Assembly (NCBI GenBank): GCA_964187785.1
Contig: OZ076409.1
Location: 85,748,001-85,812,000 of the forward strand
Direction of reading: 5' to 3'
Length of the DNA stretch: 64,000 bases
Source: Amphiscolops sp. MND2022
Lineage: Eukaryota
In this document: positions 62,264-64,000 of the stretch, piece by piece
How the letters are laid out: the number at the start of each line of letters is the position of its first letter
Position numbering within the stretch: position 1 is the first letter of the stretch
Notes under the pieces: generated by a model
The model's database searches: none
The model's input: only the letters and a program-made list of their open reading frames with translations
What the model was told of the DNA's origin: nothing
Position numbers and translations under genes: made by a program

Positions 62264-64000
62264 CTTCGCCACGACTCCAATACAACCAACTTATCTCTGC
62301 CCGACAATACATCAAATCGGACTCTCCAACAAAAACTTCTCATGATTATAAACAACAATTGATGGGCTATTTCGCAGTTGTCAGGAAGCAGCAGTTGGAA
62401 AAAGCTACCATTATTACTTATAATAACAGTGATTTGTATCAAAAACCAATCCCTGTTTAGGACCGTGATTACCCAACAACGTTCACGACCCAATTCAGGC
62501 CCATCCCAATGATCGATGATTACAACCCAACATACATTGATCCGGATTACGGCAGAGATCCCTATGGGGACAATGAGATTTACATGTAAGACTTACTACA
62601 ATTCCAATATGTCATATACGACATCGACCACTATAACACAACAGTCCACGAAAACTCTCCAATAAACTATAACAAGAAGGCAAGAGCGTTGATAGAAAAA
62701 TGGCAGATGAATTAGGGTACCAACCATCCAGTGTTCCTAAACCCTTTGGGAACCGAGGATCACGATAACAACGCTGAGACGACCCCACAATCACTATTAG
62801 ACGAGAAACAATTCCAAAATGTCCTCATTACCAAAGATGGAGAGCCAGACTGTTTACCGCTTACCACCAATGTAAACCTCAAATGCAAGGGGCGTATGGT
62901 GTATTTCCCAATGGACTTTGGGGAAGTGACCATAGACAGCCTACTTCACACTGGAGCATTATCGAGTGCAATTCCTGAAATGGACTCCCGGAAAACTCGA
63001 GTCCTTTCTCCACAATCTTTTATCCGAGAGGGTCCGCCTCCAAACTTACAAATCATGGTTGCAAATGTGCCTAGAAACTCCAAAGAGTACTATAAAGCTC
63101 AAATTTGAGGTTGGTGACATCAAGTTCTATAAAATCTTCATAGTAATGGAGAATTTGACAGAACCAATTATGGGACTGATGTTCCATCAGCGAAACCATA
63201 CAGTTCTGGACATGAGACAAAGAATTTTGAATTTCCCTTTCTTTTCAATGTAGCTCAAAACAGCTGATCACCGATACTCCAATGACTGGGAGCCAATCCT
63301 CAATCATACAGAAACAACCATTTCAACGAACGACAGAGCCCTAATCAGGACGAATTCCTTACTGTATCCTGAGAATGCGGTCACTGGCATACTACAACCA
63401 AGCGACCTTCTACACGGAGAAAGCGACATCACCTTTTGCCCAGCTTTGGTCAGACTGAATGAAGGCAATATATCGATACTTGTGAATAACTTCACGGATC
63501 ACCCTTATAAACTCAAAAAAGGACTCCATATTGCTAAGTTCTCTGTTCTGAAGCCAGAACCAATGGAATACGTCAAACCGGTTGATCCGGCATCGACCAG
63601 GCATCTCATACAAAACGATCAAGACCAGGCAGCCCATTATGTCAGTAGCATCAACAAGACCAATAAAAATCCTCAAAGCTCGGAGAATTATTGGTTCCTA
63701 ACTCCTGAAAACCCATGCAACCCAGACGAATATACACCAATCCAGAAAAAGATATTACGGGAACTACAGCCCCTACAGGACCTAGAGACCCTTGATCCTA
63801 CTAGAGATGAAGAATCTTGAAGAAAATTTATAGAAAATTTTAATTGCAAAGACTCCACTATAACAACTGACAAAAAACAGAAAATTGAGGAATTATTAGT
63901 GGAATTCAATGATGTTTTCGCAAGACAGAGATTCGACATAGGCATGAACGAGGAGTTCAAGGTGAAACTTACTCCCAAGGCGGATTCCCCAGCCTACAGT
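62261..64000 (+). pseudogene. pol: Degenerate pol N-terminal half (protease, dUTPase-like, start of RT region)
   Basis: ORF fragments 62731-63108, 62966-63253, 63446-63820 homologous to the other pol copies. Confidence 0.9.

Larger units (their letters stand above)
60877..64000 (+). mobile_element. Ty3/Gypsy element of a related, more distant family: LTR 3' remnant (to 61135), PBS 61136-61147, degenerate gag and pol (3'-partial)
   Basis: ACGACA|TGGTGACAGGAG; gag fragments with KYVKPESQ and two CCHC knuckles; pol fragments with LHTGALSSAI and FARQRFDIG. Confidence 0.9.

Overview
Eukaryotic, AT-rich, repeat-dense genomic DNA, probably from an invertebrate animal (organism not determinable here). 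Both ends hold Ty3/Gypsy LTR retrotransposons. (1) 1-6610 (-) is an apparently intact element: a 1.68-kb 5' LTR, gag, and a -1-frameshifted pol that stays open past the window edge. (2) ~46660-60267 (+) is a degenerate relative: pol, a 7.2-kb accessory region and an LTR shared head-to-tail with a second gag (to ~60876). (3) ~60877-64000 (+) is a degenerate copy of a more distant family. The family architecture is unusual. Gag starts ~580 nt inside the LTR and reads through the PBS, and a non-env ORF3 reads through the PPT position into U3. The accessory region carries an antisense, intron-containing gene for what looks like a catalytically dead hAT-transposase derivative with a BED-like Zn finger. 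Arrays of an ATRCG-N5-ATRCG motif occur in that gene's intron, in its promoter and in both LTRs, suggesting an element-encoded regulator plus cognate binding sites (inference). The middle 40 kb is a mosaic of hAT- and Merlin-like MITEs with TSDs, minisatellites, palindromes, a LINE RT relic, small Zn-finger/RING ORFs, and two copies of a ~265-nt highly structured, Pol III-like candidate ncRNA. All protein-family calls are from manual motif recognition; no database searches were run.
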